DNA from: Allosphingosinicella sp.
GTDB lineage: Bacteria > Pseudomonadota > Alphaproteobacteria > Sphingomonadales > Sphingomonadaceae
Length of the DNA: 64,000 bases
Direction of reading: 5' to 3'
Assembly: GCF_036387615.1 (NCBI RefSeq)
Contig: NZ_DASVTH010000032.1
Coordinates: 7,491-71,490, forward strand
Part shown: positions 18,822 to 30,030 of the stretch, in pieces
Position numbering within the stretch: the first letter of the stretch is position 1
Layout: each line of letters starts with the position of its first letter
Notes under the pieces: generated by a model
What the model saw: only the letters and a program-made list of their open reading frames with translations
Database searches by the model: none
What the model was told of the DNA's origin: nothing
Translations under genes and position numbers: made by a program

Positions 18822-19876
18822 ACGCTTTCTCGGCCATTGCAGGTCTGGCCGTGCGCACGGCCGATCTGACCGATCCGGCGGAGCGGGCGCGGATCGGCGC
18901 GTTTTTGGCGGAGCATGCGGGTGCCGAGCCGTTTCACCTGCCCGCCTGGAGCCTGGGCGCGGAGCGCGGCTGCGGGCAACGCGCGCACTATCTGCTCGCC
19001 GAGGACGGGCGGGGGATCAGGGGTGTCCTGCCGCTGACCGATGTCCGCTCGCCTTTGTTTGGCTCCGCATTGGTTTCGGCGGGCTTCGGCGTGGGCGGAG
19101 GAGTAGTCGGCGATGCTACGGAGGCGCTTGCGGGAGCGGCTGTCGACCTGGCGCGCAGGATTGGCGTGCAGAGCCTGGAATTGAGGGGCGGCCCCATCCC
19201 GTCCGGCTGGCATGCTCGTGAGGGAACTTATGCGGGGTTCGCCCGCGACCTGCCGGGACGGGAGGAGGAGATCCTGAAGGCGATCCCGCGCAAGCAGCGG
19301 GCGGAGGTGAGGCGCGCCCAGACAATGGGACTAGACGTCCGCGTCGGCCGGAGCGAGCGGGACCTTGCCGACCACTATCGTGTCTATTCCGAAAGCGTGC
19401 GCAACCTTGGCACCCCCGTTTTTCCGCGCGCGCTGTTCCGGGCCATGCTCGAGAGCTTCGGAGAGCAAGCCGACATCCTCACCGTCAGCAAGGATGGCCG
19501 TTCGATTGCGAGCGTCCTCAGTTTCTACTTCAATGGCGGCGTCTATCCTTATTGGGGCGGCGGCACCGCCGAGGCGCGGGCGCTCCGCGCCAATGAGCAT
19601 ATGTATTTCGAGTTGATGCGCCACGCCGCAGCGCGGGGCTGTACCCGCTTCGATTTCGGCCGCTCGAAAGTCGGCACGGGCGCTTACGCCTACAAGAAGA
19701 ATTGGGGCTTCGAGCCGCGCCCGCTTCGCTATGCCGTCCATGCGCTGGACGGGGGCGAGCCCCGCGAGATCAATCCGCTCAGCCCCAGATACCGGCTCCA
19801 GGTCCAGCTTTGGCAGAAGTTGCCCTTGCGGCTCGCCAACCTGCTCGGGCCCTGGATCGCGCGAGGGCTCGGTTGA
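18818..19876 (+). CDS. FemAB-like protein, XrtA/PEP-CTERM-associated
   Basis: SVRNLGTPVF, FDFGRSK, YKKNWGF. Confidence 0.9.
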   Translation: MNAFSAIAGLAVRTADLTDPAERARIGAFLAEHAGAEPFHLPAWSLGAERGCGQRAHYLLAEDGRGIRGVLPLTDVRSPLFGSALVSAGFGVGGGVVGDATEALAGAAVDLARRIGVQSLELRGGPIPSGWHAREGTYAGFARDLPGREEEILKAIPRKQRAEVRRAQTMGLDVRVGRSERDLADHYRVYSESVRNLGTPVFPRALFRAMLESFGEQADILTVSKDGRSIASVLSFYFNGGVYPYWGGGTAEARALRANEHMYFELMRHAAARGCTRFDFGRSKVGTGAYAYKKNWGFEPRPLRYAVHALDGGEPREINPLSPRYRLQVQLWQKLPLRLANLLGPWIARGLG

Positions 19877-21090
19877 TGCGCGACATCCTCTTCCTCGCGC
19901 ATCGCATCCCCTACCCGCCGGATCGGGGGGACAAGATCCGCTCCTGGAACATCCTGAAACATCTCGGCACGCTGGGGCGCGTCCATCTCGCATCCTTCGC
20001 CGACGACGCAGCGGATGCCGCCCATCTGCCGGCGCTGAGGGCCGTGATGGGCGGGAGCCTTGGGGAAGCGCATGTGGAGGTGCGCACCAAGCCCAAGCTG
20101 ACTGCGGCTGCCGAGGCGCTGCGGGAGGGCAAGCCGATCTCGCTGACCGCGTTCGACAGCGCTGCGATGCGCGGCTTCGTCCGGCGCATGCTGGAGCGCG
20201 ATGGCGTCGATACGGTGTTCGCCTTTTCCAGCCAGATGGCGCAGTTCGTGCCGGCCAAGTGCCGGCAGCGCTTCATCATGGATTTCGTCGATATGGATTC
20301 GGCCAAATTCGCTGCTTATGGCGGCAAGGGGCCGATGCGCTGGATCCACCGCCGTGAGGCCGTCAGACTGCTCGAGCATGAGCAGGAGGTCGCGTCCCGC
20401 GCCGATGCCAGCCTGTTCGTAAGCCCTGGAGAGGCGGCCCTTTTCCGGGAACGCACCCGCGCCGCCAATGTGCACGCCGTTTGCAACGGCATCGATCTCG
20501 ATTTCTACAATCCCACGGCCGGTTTCGATCGGCTGCCAGAGCAGCAGAGTCCGCTGCTCGTCTTCACCGGGCAGATGGATTACCGGCCCAATGCCGAAGC
20601 AGTGCTGGATTTCGCGGACAAGGTGTTGCCGATCATTCTTCAGACACGACCTGAAGTTCGATTCGCCATCGTGGGCCGAAACCCGACCGCTGCCGTCCGC
20701 CGCCTTGCCGACCGACCCAATGTGATCGTCACCGGTGCCGTTCCCGATGTGCGCAGCTGGCTTGCTGCGGCGAACGTCGCGGTGGCGCCGCTCGGAATCG
20801 CGCGCGGCATCCAGAACAAGGTGCTCGAAGCGATGGCGATGGCGCGCCCTGTCGTCGCCTCGGCCGCCGCCTTCGAGGGCATCAACGCCGTGCCCGGCCG
20901 CGACCTGATCGTGACCGACCGGCCCGAAGCCCAGGCGTGGCACGTTCTTGATCTTCTAGCCCATCCGCAGGACGCCGCAGAGATCGGTGCCGCCGCCCGC
21001 CGCCGGATGGAGACCCGCTACCGCTGGGAAGCCCAGCTTGCCCCGCTCGCCGCCTTGCTCGGCCGCGCACCTCGTCTGGTGGCGGCATGA
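19876..21090 (+). CDS. GT4 glycosyltransferase, PEP-CTERM/XrtA system
   Basis: AHRIPYPPDRGDKIRS, FTGQMDYRPN, GIQNKVLEAMA. Confidence 0.92.
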   Translation: MRDILFLAHRIPYPPDRGDKIRSWNILKHLGTLGRVHLASFADDAADAAHLPALRAVMGGSLGEAHVEVRTKPKLTAAAEALREGKPISLTAFDSAAMRGFVRRMLERDGVDTVFAFSSQMAQFVPAKCRQRFIMDFVDMDSAKFAAYGGKGPMRWIHRREAVRLLEHEQEVASRADASLFVSPGEAALFRERTRAANVHAVCNGIDLDFYNPTAGFDRLPEQQSPLLVFTGQMDYRPNAEAVLDFADKVLPIILQTRPEVRFAIVGRNPTAAVRRLADRPNVIVTGAVPDVRSWLAAANVAVAPLGIARGIQNKVLEAMAMARPVVASAAAFEGINAVPGRDLIVTDRPEAQAWHVLDLLAHPQDAAEIGAAARRRMETRYRWEAQLAPLAALLGRAPRLVAA

Positions 21091-22637
21091 CGGCGCACGC
21101 CGCGATCGAAGCAGCGCCGCAAGCTCGAGCGGTAGCGGATGGCTGGCGGCCGCACCTCGTGGCGCTCGGCCTGGTCGCGGCCGCGATCCTCATCTTGTTC
21201 GCTCGCGATGCCGCCGACATGGCCGCGATCTGGTGGAACAGCTCCACCTATAATCATTGCGCGCTGGTGCCGCCCATCATCGCGTGGCTGGTCTGGCAGC
21301 GGCTGCCGGAACTTCGCCGGCTCCCGCCCTCCGCCTGGGCGCCGGGGCTCGCCCTCCTAACGGCTGGCGCCATCCTGTGGCTGCTGGGGGAAGCGGGCGG
21401 AATCGCGCTTGCCCGCCACATCGCCCTCGTCGCGATGCTGCAGGGCGCGGTGATCGCCTGCCTCGGCAAGGCCGTCGCGCGCGCGCTCCTGTTTCCGATC
21501 TTCTACACCGTCTTCCTGATCCCGGCGGGCGAGGAGCTCGTGCCGCTGCTTCAGACGGTGACTGCCTATATGTGCATGGCGCTCCTGGCGCTGGTCGGCA
21601 TCCCGGCGCACCTCGAAGGCATCTTCATCACCACGCCGAACGGCTATTTCGAAGTGGCCGAGGCCTGTTCGGGTGTGAAGTTCCTGGTCGCCATGATCGC
21701 GTATGGCGCGCTTGTCGCCAATGTCTGCTTCCGCACCTGGACCCGGCGCGCCCTGTTCATGCTTGCTGCGATCACGATCCCGATCCTGGCGAACGGCGTC
21801 CGCGCCTGGGGCACCATCTACATCGCCTCTGTCACCGACAGCGACTTTGCTTCGGGCTTCGACCATGTCGTCTATGGCTGGGTCTTCTTCGCAGTCGTGA
21901 TCGCATTGCTGATGGCCGCCGGCTGGCGCTTCTTCGACCGCAAGCCGAGCGACCCCTGGTTCGATGCAGCCGCGTCACAGCCGCAGGCGCTCAGTCACCG
22001 GAGCTCGATCCTGCCCGTCGCAGCGGCGGCGGTCGCGCTTGCCGCGGTGCCGCTCGTCTGGTCGGCGGCAGTGGCTTCGGCCGGTACCCAGGCTGCGCCC
22101 GCCAATCTGAGCTTGCCGGACGTGCCCGGCTGGACCCGGGTTCCCGCTTCGGCTGGCAGGCCCTGGCAGCCGCACTTCGCGGGCGCCGACCTTTTCCGCA
22201 TCGAACGCTACCGGGACGGGCAGGGCAGGATGGTGGACCTCGCCATCGCCGTCTTCGCGCGCCAGGCGGAAGGCCGCGAGATGATCGGCTTCGGCCAGGG
22301 CGCGGTCGGTCCAGACAGCGATTGGGCGTGGATCGCCGCGGGGCCGCCGCCGCCGAACGGCCGGCTCGACCGGATCGCCACCCATGGCATCGTCCGCGAA
22401 GTCGCGACCTTCTACCGCGTCGGCGAGATCGTCACCGGCCGCGCCGTCGAAGCGAAGATCGAGACCACCAAAGTGCGCCTGCTCGGCGGCCCGCAGCGCG
22501 CTGTCGCCATCCTCGTCTCGGCGGAAGCGCCGAGCGAGGGCGAGAGTCCCCGCCCGGCGATAGACGCCTTCCTTTCGGCGCTCGGCAACATCGCACCCCT
22601 TGCGGATCGGGCGGCCGGACTGCCAAGAAGCCGCTAA
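21087..22637 (+). CDS. xrtA: Exosortase A (EpsH plus EpsI-like domain)
   Basis: Multi-TM protein with VAEACSG (Cys), ANGVR (Arg) and DH (His) catalytic motifs. Confidence 0.94.
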   Translation: MTAHAAIEAAPQARAVADGWRPHLVALGLVAAAILILFARDAADMAAIWWNSSTYNHCALVPPIIAWLVWQRLPELRRLPPSAWAPGLALLTAGAILWLLGEAGGIALARHIALVAMLQGAVIACLGKAVARALLFPIFYTVFLIPAGEELVPLLQTVTAYMCMALLALVGIPAHLEGIFITTPNGYFEVAEACSGVKFLVAMIAYGALVANVCFRTWTRRALFMLAAITIPILANGVRAWGTIYIASVTDSDFASGFDHVVYGWVFFAVVIALLMAAGWRFFDRKPSDPWFDAAASQPQALSHRSSILPVAAAAVALAAVPLVWSAAVASAGTQAAPANLSLPDVPGWTRVPASAGRPWQPHFAGADLFRIERYRDGQGRMVDLAIAVFARQAEGREMIGFGQGAVGPDSDWAWIAAGPPPPNGRLDRIATHGIVREVATFYRVGEIVTGRAVEAKIETTKVRLLGGPQRAVAILVSAEAPSEGESPRPAIDAFLSALGNIAPLADRAAGLPRSR

Positions 22638-24613
22638 TGTGCGGCATTGCAGGCATTTTTCACCCGGGCGTGCCTAAGCCCGTCGATCCGTCCAGGGTGC
22701 GCGCCATGGCGGACGTGCAGGCCCATCGGGGGCCGGACGGGAGCGGCGTGTGGACCGCGCCCGGCGTCGGCTTCGGCCACCGCCGCCTTGCGATCATCGA
22801 CCTAGAAGGCGGCGCGCAGCCGATGCTGACGCCGGACGAGAAGATCGCGGTCACCTACAACGGGGAAATCTACAATTTCAGGGACGTGCGCCGCGATCTT
22901 GAGAGATCGGGGCACGTCTTCCAAACGGATTGCGACACCGAGGTCATCCTGGCCGGCTGGCGCCAATGGGGCCCTGCCTGCCTGACCCGCTTCCACGGTA
23001 TGTTCGCCTTCGCGCTCTACGATGCGGATCGGGGCGCGCTCTTTCTCGCTCGGGACAGGCTTGGCGTGAAGCCGCTTCACTATGCCGAGCTGTCGGACGG
23101 CGCGCTGATCTTCGCGTCGGAGCTCAAGGGCCTGCTCGCCCATCCCTTGCTCCGCCGGGCGCCGAGCCCACAGGCGATCGAGGATTTTCTCGCCCTGGGC
23201 TACGTTCCGGACGATGCCTGCGCCCTCGCGGGCGTCCGCAAGCTGCCCGCGGGACACTGCCTCCTTATCCAGCGCGGCAAAGGCGTGCCAGAGCCCTTCG
23301 CCTGGTGGGACGTTCATTTCGGCAAGCCCGCCCGTGGCTCGACCGAGCGGCTTGGCGAGGAGCTGGTCGGCCATATGCGCGAAGCGGTGCGTTCGCGCAT
23401 GGTGGCGGACGTGCCGCTCGGCGCCTTTCTGTCCGGGGGCGTGGACAGTTCGGCCGTGGTCGCTTTCATGGCGGAGGCGAGCCGCAAGGCGGTCGAGACC
23501 TGCTCGATCGGCTTCGGCCAGGCCGATCTTGACGAGACCCGCTACGCGGCGCTGGTCGCCGAGCGCTTCGCCACTCATCACCGCACCCGCATAGTCGCCG
23601 CGGACGATTTCGAGCTTATCGAGACACTTGCGAACGCTTTCGACGAGCCGTTCGCGGACGCTTCGGCCCTCGCTACCTACCGGGTCTGTGAGCTCGCGCG
23701 CGAAACCGTCACGGTTGCGCTGTCCGGCGACGGCGCGGACGAAGCCTTCGCGGGCTATCGCCGCTACCGCATGTTCGCAGCGGAGGAGCGTGTCCGCAGC
23801 ATTATCCCGGAGCGCGCTCGCACTGCGATCGGCCGCATCGGCAGCCTCTATCCCAAGCTCGACTGGGCGCCGCAGTTCCTGCGCGCCAAGACCACGCTTC
23901 AGGCGCTGGGCGCAGGGAGCGGGGAGGCCTATGCGAGAGCGGTCGGCGTCACTCCGCCCGAGATCCGCCATCGCTTCTACAGCCCCGACTTCCGTGCGGC
24001 GCTGCAGGGCCACCGCGCCGAGGATCGCTACATCCGCACAATGGCGAGTGCGCCCGCGGACGATGCCTTGTCTCGCGCGCAATATGCCGACCTTAAGATC
24101 TGGCTGCCCGGCGACATCCTTACGAAGGTCGACCGGACCAGCATGGCCGTGAGTCTGGAGGCGCGCGAGCCGCTGCTCGACCACCGCCTCATCGAATTCG
24201 CGGCGAAGCTGCCGGTCCGCCAACGGCTGCGCGGGGGCACCGGCAAGTGGCTGATGAAGAAGTCGCTCGAAGGCTTCCTCCCCGACGAAATCCTCTATCG
24301 CCGCAAAATGGGCTTTGTCACGCCGATCAGCGCCTGGTTCAGGGGCCCGCTCGCTGAACAAGCCGCCGCTGTCGCAAACAGCCCCGCATTCGCTCAGCTC
24401 GGCTGGTTCGATCCCGGAGCGATAGCGAAGATCGCGGCCGATCACCGCGCCGGGAAGGCCGAGCATGGCCGGTTGCTCTGGCAATTGCTGATGCTGGATC
24501 GCTCGCTTCAGCGCCTGTTCGGGCTCGGCGAGGCCTCGTCATATGATGCTTCGACGAAGTACAACCCGTCCGGCGGCGCGTTGAAGCCGAGGGCCGCGCG
24601 ATCCCGCGCCTGA
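22637..24613 (+). CDS. Asparagine synthase-like amidotransferase, XrtA/PEP-CTERM system
   Basis: N-terminal [33 protein letters not shown]. Confidence 0.93.
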   Translation: MCGIAGIFHPGVPKPVDPSRVRAMADVQAHRGPDGSGVWTAPGVGFGHRRLAIIDLEGGAQPMLTPDEKIAVTYNGEIYNFRDVRRDLERSGHVFQTDCDTEVILAGWRQWGPACLTRFHGMFAFALYDADRGALFLARDRLGVKPLHYAELSDGALIFASELKGLLAHPLLRRAPSPQAIEDFLALGYVPDDACALAGVRKLPAGHCLLIQRGKGVPEPFAWWDVHFGKPARGSTERLGEELVGHMREAVRSRMVADVPLGAFLSGGVDSSAVVAFMAEASRKAVETCSIGFGQADLDETRYAALVAERFATHHRTRIVAADDFELIETLANAFDEPFADASALATYRVCELARETVTVALSGDGADEAFAGYRRYRMFAAEERVRSIIPERARTAIGRIGSLYPKLDWAPQFLRAKTTLQALGAGSGEAYARAVGVTPPEIRHRFYSPDFRAALQGHRAEDRYIRTMASAPADDALSRAQYADLKIWLPGDILTKVDRTSMAVSLEAREPLLDHRLIEFAAKLPVRQRLRGGTGKWLMKKSLEGFLPDEILYRRKMGFVTPISAWFRGPLAEQAAAVANSPAFAQLGWFDPGAIAKIAADHRAGKAEHGRLLWQLLMLDRSLQRLFGLGEASSYDASTKYNPSGGALKPRAARSRA

Positions 24614-25275
24614 AGCGCGTTCTTCAGGTCCCGCGCTGTCCACTTGCCGCGTCCGACCAGCTGCAGGCAACCGACCATCGATCGCACCTGATGGTGGAGG
24701 AAGGAGCGCGCCGCCGCCTCGATCTCGATGATGCCGCCCAAGCGCCGGACGATCAGCAGGTCGAGCGTCTTGACCGGGTTCTCCGATTGGCAATGCGCGG
24801 AACGGAAGGTCGTGAAATCATGACGTCCGACAAGGGTTTGCGCCGCCTTGTTCATGACGTCTGCATGGAGCGTGACCGGCACGCGCCACGCGCGCCCTAC
24901 CTCCAGAGCGAGCGGGGCCCGGCGATTGGCAATGCGGTAGACGTAGCGCCGGCCGATGCAGCTGAACCTGGCGTGCCAATCGTCCCGGACGATCTCCGCC
25001 TTCAGGATCGCGACCGGCTGGGGCCTGAGCTTCGCGTTGAGAGCGTCCGCGAGTCGGAACGGCGTCATTGGCCGTTCGATGTCGACATGCGCGGCCATCG
25101 CCTGAGCGTGGACGCCGGCGTCCGTGCGTCCGGCCGCGTGCACCGTCACCTCCTCGCCGGTGATGGTGCGGACCGCTTCCTCGATCGCCTGCTGAACGGA
25201 CGGTCCATGCGCCTGACGCTGCCAGCCCATGAAGGGTCGGCCGTCATATTCGACCCACAGGCGGAAGCGGGTCAT
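24508..25275 (-). CDS. truA: tRNA pseudouridine(38-40) synthase
   Basis: [23 protein letters not shown]. Confidence 0.96.
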   Translation of the reverse strand: MTRFRLWVEYDGRPFMGWQRQAHGPSVQQAIEEAVRTITGEEVTVHAAGRTDAGVHAQAMAAHVDIERPMTPFRLADALNAKLRPQPVAILKAEIVRDDWHARFSCIGRRYVYRIANRRAPLALEVGRAWRVPVTLHADVMNKAAQTLVGRHDFTTFRSAHCQSENPVKTLDLLIVRRLGGIIEIEAAARSFLHHQVRSMVGCLQLVGRGKWTARDLKNALQARDRAALGFNAPPDGLYFVEASYDEASPSPNRR

Positions 25276-26177
25276 TGCAAAAGGCTCCCGCGCGGGATGG
25301 CGAAGCCGCGCAGCAATTCGGCCGGCGTCATGGCGCCGCGGCCCGCGCGCTGCACCAGGGCAGGGGCGAGGGCAGCGGTGCCGCAGGCAATGGTCAACTG
25401 GTCGTCGAGGACCGTTCCCGGCTCTCCGGAGCCGGACACAGGGTCAGCCGCCAGAAGCTTGATCCGCTCGCCCCCATGCTCGAAGAATGCGCCGGGGTGC
25501 GGATTGAAGGCGCGGACCTGCCGCTCGGCGGCTTCAGCGCTGGCGCAGAAATCGAGTCGCGCTTCCTGCTTCTCGATCTTGGCTGCGTAGGTCACGCCTT
25601 TTTCCGGCTGAGGCACGGGCTGGATCTGATCGAGCCGGCTGAGGGCCTCGACCATCATAACCGCACCGAGGATCGCCAAGTCCGCCGTGAGTTCGCCCGC
25701 CGTCTTGCGCCCGATCGGCGTCTCCCGGACTAGGAACATGGGCCCGGTGTCGAGCCCGCGCTCCATGCCCATGATGGTGATGCCGGTGCGCTCGTCCCCC
25801 GCCAGGATCGCGCGCTGGATCGGCGCGGCGCCCCGCCAGCGCGGCAGAATGGATCCGTGGACGTTGAGGCAGCCATGATTGGGCGCGTCCAGGATCGGCT
25901 GCGGCAGGATCAGCCCGTAGGCGGCGACCACCGCCACATCCAGGTTCAGCGCCACGAACGTGGTCTGCTCGTCGGGGTCCCGGAGCGACATCGGCGTCCG
26001 CACCGGGATGCCGAGCGCTTCCGCACGTGCCTGAACGGGGGAGGGCTTCATCCCCTTGCCGCGCCCCGCGGGCCTGGGCGGCTGCGAATATACGGCGGCG
26101 ATGTCGTGCCCAGCCGCGTGGATCGCGTCCAGCGTCGGCACCGCGAAGTCCGGCGTTCCCATGAAGGCGATGCGCAT
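25272..26177 (-). CDS. fmt: Methionyl-tRNA formyltransferase
   Basis: [24 protein letters not shown]. Confidence 0.96.
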   Translation of the reverse strand: MRIAFMGTPDFAVPTLDAIHAAGHDIAAVYSQPPRPAGRGKGMKPSPVQARAEALGIPVRTPMSLRDPDEQTTFVALNLDVAVVAAYGLILPQPILDAPNHGCLNVHGSILPRWRGAAPIQRAILAGDERTGITIMGMERGLDTGPMFLVRETPIGRKTAGELTADLAILGAVMMVEALSRLDQIQPVPQPEKGVTYAAKIEKQEARLDFCASAEAAERQVRAFNPHPGAFFEHGGERIKLLAADPVSGSGEPGTVLDDQLTIACGTAALAPALVQRAGRGAMTPAELLRGFAIPRGSLLQ

Positions 26178-26242
26178 TCGTGCTGCTTAGCGGCGGGCGT
26201 GGCCAATTGCATCGGCCTGTCTCGCCCCATATCTCGCTTTCG

Positions 26243-26839
26243 ATGGCCTCTCCCGAGATTGACGCGCTGACCCAGGCGCTTGCCCGGCTGCCGGGGCTCG
26301 GGCCCCGCTCGGCGCGGCGCGCGGTGCTGCATCTGCTCAAGAAGCGCGAGGCGGCGCTGACCCCGCTGATCCGGGCCCTAGAGCGGGTCAACGAGCGGCT
26401 GGCGGTCTGCGCCACTTGCGGCAATGTCGACACCAGCGATCCGTGCGCCATCTGTGTCGACTCGCGCCGCGACTCGAAGCTGCTTTGCGTCGTCGAGGAA
26501 GTTTCGGACCTCTGGGCGCTCGATCGATCGCGCCTATTTCCTGGTCGATTCCATGTGCTTGGCGGGCGTCTTTCCGCGCTGGAGGGAGTAAGGCCGGAAG
26601 ATCTGACGGTGGACCGGCTGATCGGCCGCGTCGCCGCGGGCGGCATCGATGAGGTCGTGCTCGCGATGAACGCGACTCTGGAGGGCCAGACCACCGCGCA
26701 CTATCTGGCTGAGCGGCTCGAAACCTTTCCTGTGCGTCTGACGCAGCTCGCCCACGGCCTGCCGGTCGGCGGCGAGCTCGATTATCTGGACGAGGGGACG
26801 CTTGCGCAGGCGCTGCGGGCGCGCCGCCCGGTCTCCTGA
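26243..26839 (+). CDS. recR: Recombination mediator RecR
   Basis: LPGLGPRSA HhH, C4 zinc finger, Toprim region (EGQTTA). Confidence 0.96.
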   Translation: MASPEIDALTQALARLPGLGPRSARRAVLHLLKKREAALTPLIRALERVNERLAVCATCGNVDTSDPCAICVDSRRDSKLLCVVEEVSDLWALDRSRLFPGRFHVLGGRLSALEGVRPEDLTVDRLIGRVAAGGIDEVVLAMNATLEGQTTAHYLAERLETFPVRLTQLAHGLPVGGELDYLDEGTLAQALRARRPVS

Positions 26840-26890
26840 GGCCGCCGCCCGATGCTTGACGCTTCTCCGGCCCGACTTTAGCGCGCGGCA

Positions 26891-27430
26891 ATGGCTCTGC
26901 TCCCCATCATCGAAGTTCCCGACCCGCTGCTTCGCGCCCAGTCGGCGCCCGTTGAGCGGATCGACGATGAGCTGCGCCAGTTCGTGTCCGACATGTTCGA
27001 TACCATGTATGCCGCTCCCGGCATCGGCCTCGCCGCCGTGCAGGTCGCGGTGCCGCGCCGCGTCATGGTGATTGACCTGCAGGATCCGGAAGAGGAGGGC
27101 GGCGAGCCGGTCAAGAAGCCTTACGCCTTCATCAATCCCGAGATCGTCTGGTCGTCCGACGATCGCAGCGTCTACAATGAGGGCTGCCTTTCCATCCCCG
27201 ATCAGTATTCGGAGATCGAGCGCCCGGCACGGGTCCGCGCCCGCTGGCTCGACGAACAGGGCCGGCAGCATGACGCGGAGGTGGATGGGCTTCTCGCCAC
27301 CTGCGTACAGCATGAGGTGGACCATCTGAACGGCGTCTTGTTCATCGATTATTTGTCCCGGCTGAAGCGAGACATAGTCTTGAGAAAGCTCGCCAAGCTT
27401 CGGAAAGAACAAGGGATCAAGGCGGCCTGA
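26891..27430 (+). CDS. def: Peptide deformylase
   Basis: [18 protein letters not shown]. Confidence 0.97.
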   Translation: MALLPIIEVPDPLLRAQSAPVERIDDELRQFVSDMFDTMYAAPGIGLAAVQVAVPRRVMVIDLQDPEEEGGEPVKKPYAFINPEIVWSSDDRSVYNEGCLSIPDQYSEIERPARVRARWLDEQGRQHDAEVDGLLATCVQHEVDHLNGVLFIDYLSRLKRDIVLRKLAKLRKEQGIKAA

Positions 27431-28404
27431 CCGGGCGCCTGCCTACCCGCGACGGCGTGCGCGCCGCGGCCGAGCGGGTGCGTGATCACGTGCTGCGCAC
27501 GCCGCTGCTGCCGCTCGAGATCGGCGGCGTGCGGCTCTGGGCCAAGCCGGAGTGTCTTCAGACCGGCGGGAGTTTCAAGCTGCGCGGCGCCGCAAATCGG
27601 CTGCTTCAGCTCAGCCCCGAGCAGCGGTCCCGCGGCGTGGTCGCTTTCTCTTCGGGCAATCACGCGCAGGGAGTCGCGATCGCCGCCCGGCGGCTCGGCA
27701 TCGCGGCCACCATCGTGATGCCGGCCGATGCGCCGGCCGTTAAGCGCTCAGCGACGCTAGCGGCGGGCGCTCGCATCGTCGACTATGATCGGGGGTCCGA
27801 AAGCCGCGAGGAGATCGGCGCTCGCCTGGCCCGTGACAGTGGAGCCGCGCTGGTGCCCTCCTTCGACGATGTAGACATCATCGAAGGCCAGGGAAGCGCC
27901 GGCGTGGAAATAGGCGAGCAGCTGCAAGATGTCGTCGGAGCAACGCCGGACAAGGTGCTGGTTTGCTGCGGCGGAGGCGGACTCTCCGCCGGAATCGCGC
28001 TGGCGTTGCCGGAGGCCGAGATCGTGACGGTGGAGCCGCAAGGCTGGGACGACATGGCCCGCTCGATCGATGCGGGCAGGCCCGTACCCGTACCGGACGA
28101 CGCCCCGCCGACCCGCTGCGATGCGCTCCAGACCAAGCTCGTCTCCCCGCTGACACTCGGCGCCCTACGCGATCACGGCGCGCGCGGCGTGTCGGTCCGC
28201 GAGGACGAGACCGCCGCCGCAATGGCCTGGGCGGCCCGCCATCTGCGACTCGTCGTCGAGCCCGGTGGCGCGGTGGCATTGGCCGCGGCGCTGACCGGCA
28301 AGGCGGGCCCGCTCAGCGAGCGTTCGGTGGTGGTCCTGTCCGGCGGGAACGTCGACCCTGTGGTTTACGCCGACATCCTGAAGGGCCATTCAGGCACGGT
28401 CTGA
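27427..28404 (+). CDS. Threonine/serine dehydratase (PLP); start uncertain (27427 or 27457)
   Basis: [25 protein letters not shown]. Confidence 0.9.
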   Translation: MTGRLPTRDGVRAAAERVRDHVLRTPLLPLEIGGVRLWAKPECLQTGGSFKLRGAANRLLQLSPEQRSRGVVAFSSGNHAQGVAIAARRLGIAATIVMPADAPAVKRSATLAAGARIVDYDRGSESREEIGARLARDSGAALVPSFDDVDIIEGQGSAGVEIGEQLQDVVGATPDKVLVCCGGGGLSAGIALALPEAEIVTVEPQGWDDMARSIDAGRPVPVPDDAPPTRCDALQTKLVSPLTLGALRDHGARGVSVREDETAAAMAWAARHLRLVVEPGGAVALAAALTGKAGPLSERSVVVLSGGNVDPVVYADILKGHSGTV

Positions 28405-28622
28405 GCGCGGCTTGTCGCTGCTTCGAGCTGGCGAACGACCATGTTCAGCTGAACGGCTATTGCTCGCAGCTCAGCAGCTCGGGCCGCATCGCCTTGGCCG
28501 GGGCGGGCGAGGCGGGTTGCGTCCAGCAAGGCTTCGAGGGTGAGCGCGAGACCCGGCAGGATCGTGCCCTCGATCCGGTCCAGCGCCTCCTCAGTCCCGC
28601 GCGATTGTGCCGTGCTGCTCAT
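28365..28622 (-). CDS. Small hypothetical protein
   Basis: 85-aa helical-looking ORF filling an intergenic gap. Confidence 0.5.
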   Translation of the reverse strand: MSSTAQSRGTEEALDRIEGTILPGLALTLEALLDATRLARPGQGDAARAAELRAIAVQLNMVVRQLEAATSRAQTVPEWPFRMSA

Positions 28623-28662
28623 GTGGCGAAGCTAGAGCGGCTTCCCTAACGAAAACTGAAGA

Positions 28663-29916
28663 TCAGCGGGGCTGGGACGCCGGCGCCAGATCCCGACCGA
28701 ACAGCTTCCCGTGCTCCGTCACGAACGCACATGCCAGCGCGAGCACACCGAAGATCGCGAACCCGGCGACCAGTGGGATGATCGTCCCATCGAAGCTTTG
28801 GCCGACGACCAGCCCGAGTAGCGCGCCCAATATGGTGCCGATCGTGCCCTGTACGGATGATGCGGTGCCCGCGACATGGCCAAGCGGCTGCATCGCCAGC
28901 GAGCCGAGATTGGCGGAGGCGAGGCCGAAACTCGCCATCGTCAGCCCCTGCAGGGCGATGAACACCCAGATATTCTCGCCGATCTCCGCCACGACCAGGT
29001 GCACGGCCGCGAAGATCGTAAAACAGAGCAGGCCGAGATGGGCGAGCCTGCGGATGCCGATCCGCCCGACCAGTCGCGAGTTCAGATAGCTGGTCAGCGC
29101 CATCGGAGCGGCGATCGCCGCAAAGGCGATGGCGATCAGGTCCGGTCGGCCGAACACGTCGAACACAATCTGCTGGATCGAGTTGATATAGCCCATCAGC
29201 GCGCCCATCATCGCGGTGAAACCAAGCGTGTAGCCGAGCGACTGGCGGTTGCTCAGCGTTTCGCGCGTGCCTTCCCACACCGCCGCGAAGGAGAACGGCC
29301 GGCGGAATTGCGGCCGCAGCGTCTCGGGCAGCCGCAGCGCGCACCAGGTCAGCATGATCGCGCTGAACGCCGCCAACCCGAAGAAGATCGCTCGCCACGG
29401 CGCCACCAGCAGAGTGAGCTGGCCGAAGGTGGGCGCGAGCATCGGCATCAGCAGGAAAACGAGGAAGACAAGGCTCATCAGCCGCGCCATTTCCGCGCCT
29501 TCGAACCGATCCCGCACGATCGACACGACGAGCACCCGCGTCGCCGCAGCCGACGCGCCTTGCAGCAGACGGGCGATGAGCAGCAGCGTGAAGCTCCCCG
29601 CAGCCGCGCAGGCCAGCGCGAAGCCGAGATAGAGGAGCAGGCTCACAACCAGCACGGGCTTGCGTCCGAAGCGGTCCGACACGGGGCCGTAGATGATCTG
29701 CGTCGTCCCGAAGCCGAGCACGTAAAGCGAGACCACCAGTTGCCGCTGGTTTTCGGCGGCGACGCCGAGCGCGTCGCCGATCGCGGGCAAGGCGGGAATC
29801 ATCGCATCGATGGCGAGCGCGTTCAGCGCCTGCAGCCCGGCCATCATGATCACAAATTCGCGGTAGCCCGGGCCAGTCCAGGCGCGCGCCTCGACGGGCG
29901 TGTTTCGATCAGCCAT
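28663..29916 (-). CDS. Bcr/CflA-family MFS efflux transporter
   Basis: About 12 TMs; AIDAMIPALP, SDRFGRKP, LPET. Confidence 0.9.
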   Translation of the reverse strand: MADRNTPVEARAWTGPGYREFVIMMAGLQALNALAIDAMIPALPAIGDALGVAAENQRQLVVSLYVLGFGTTQIIYGPVSDRFGRKPVLVVSLLLYLGFALACAAAGSFTLLLIARLLQGASAAATRVLVVSIVRDRFEGAEMARLMSLVFLVFLLMPMLAPTFGQLTLLVAPWRAIFFGLAAFSAIMLTWCALRLPETLRPQFRRPFSFAAVWEGTRETLSNRQSLGYTLGFTAMMGALMGYINSIQQIVFDVFGRPDLIAIAFAAIAAPMALTSYLNSRLVGRIGIRRLAHLGLLCFTIFAAVHLVVAEIGENIWVFIALQGLTMASFGLASANLGSLAMQPLGHVAGTASSVQGTIGTILGALLGLVVGQSFDGTIIPLVAGFAIFGVLALACAFVTEHGKLFGRDLAPASQPR

Positions 29917-30030
29917 GTCGTGGAGCCCCCTAAAGCGAAGCAGTCCCTGCGCGACGCCGGCAGGCTGCACAAGTTCCCTGTGCGTTGTCGCAAGAGCGAC
30001 TACAGGTCCGCGATCACAGGAGCAGTCCGC

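Noticed and set aside
21257-22636. Apparent 460-aa N-terminal extension of the amidotransferase
   Set aside because: It overlaps xrtA out of frame, and Ntn amidotransferases need the N-terminal Cys (MCG at 22637)
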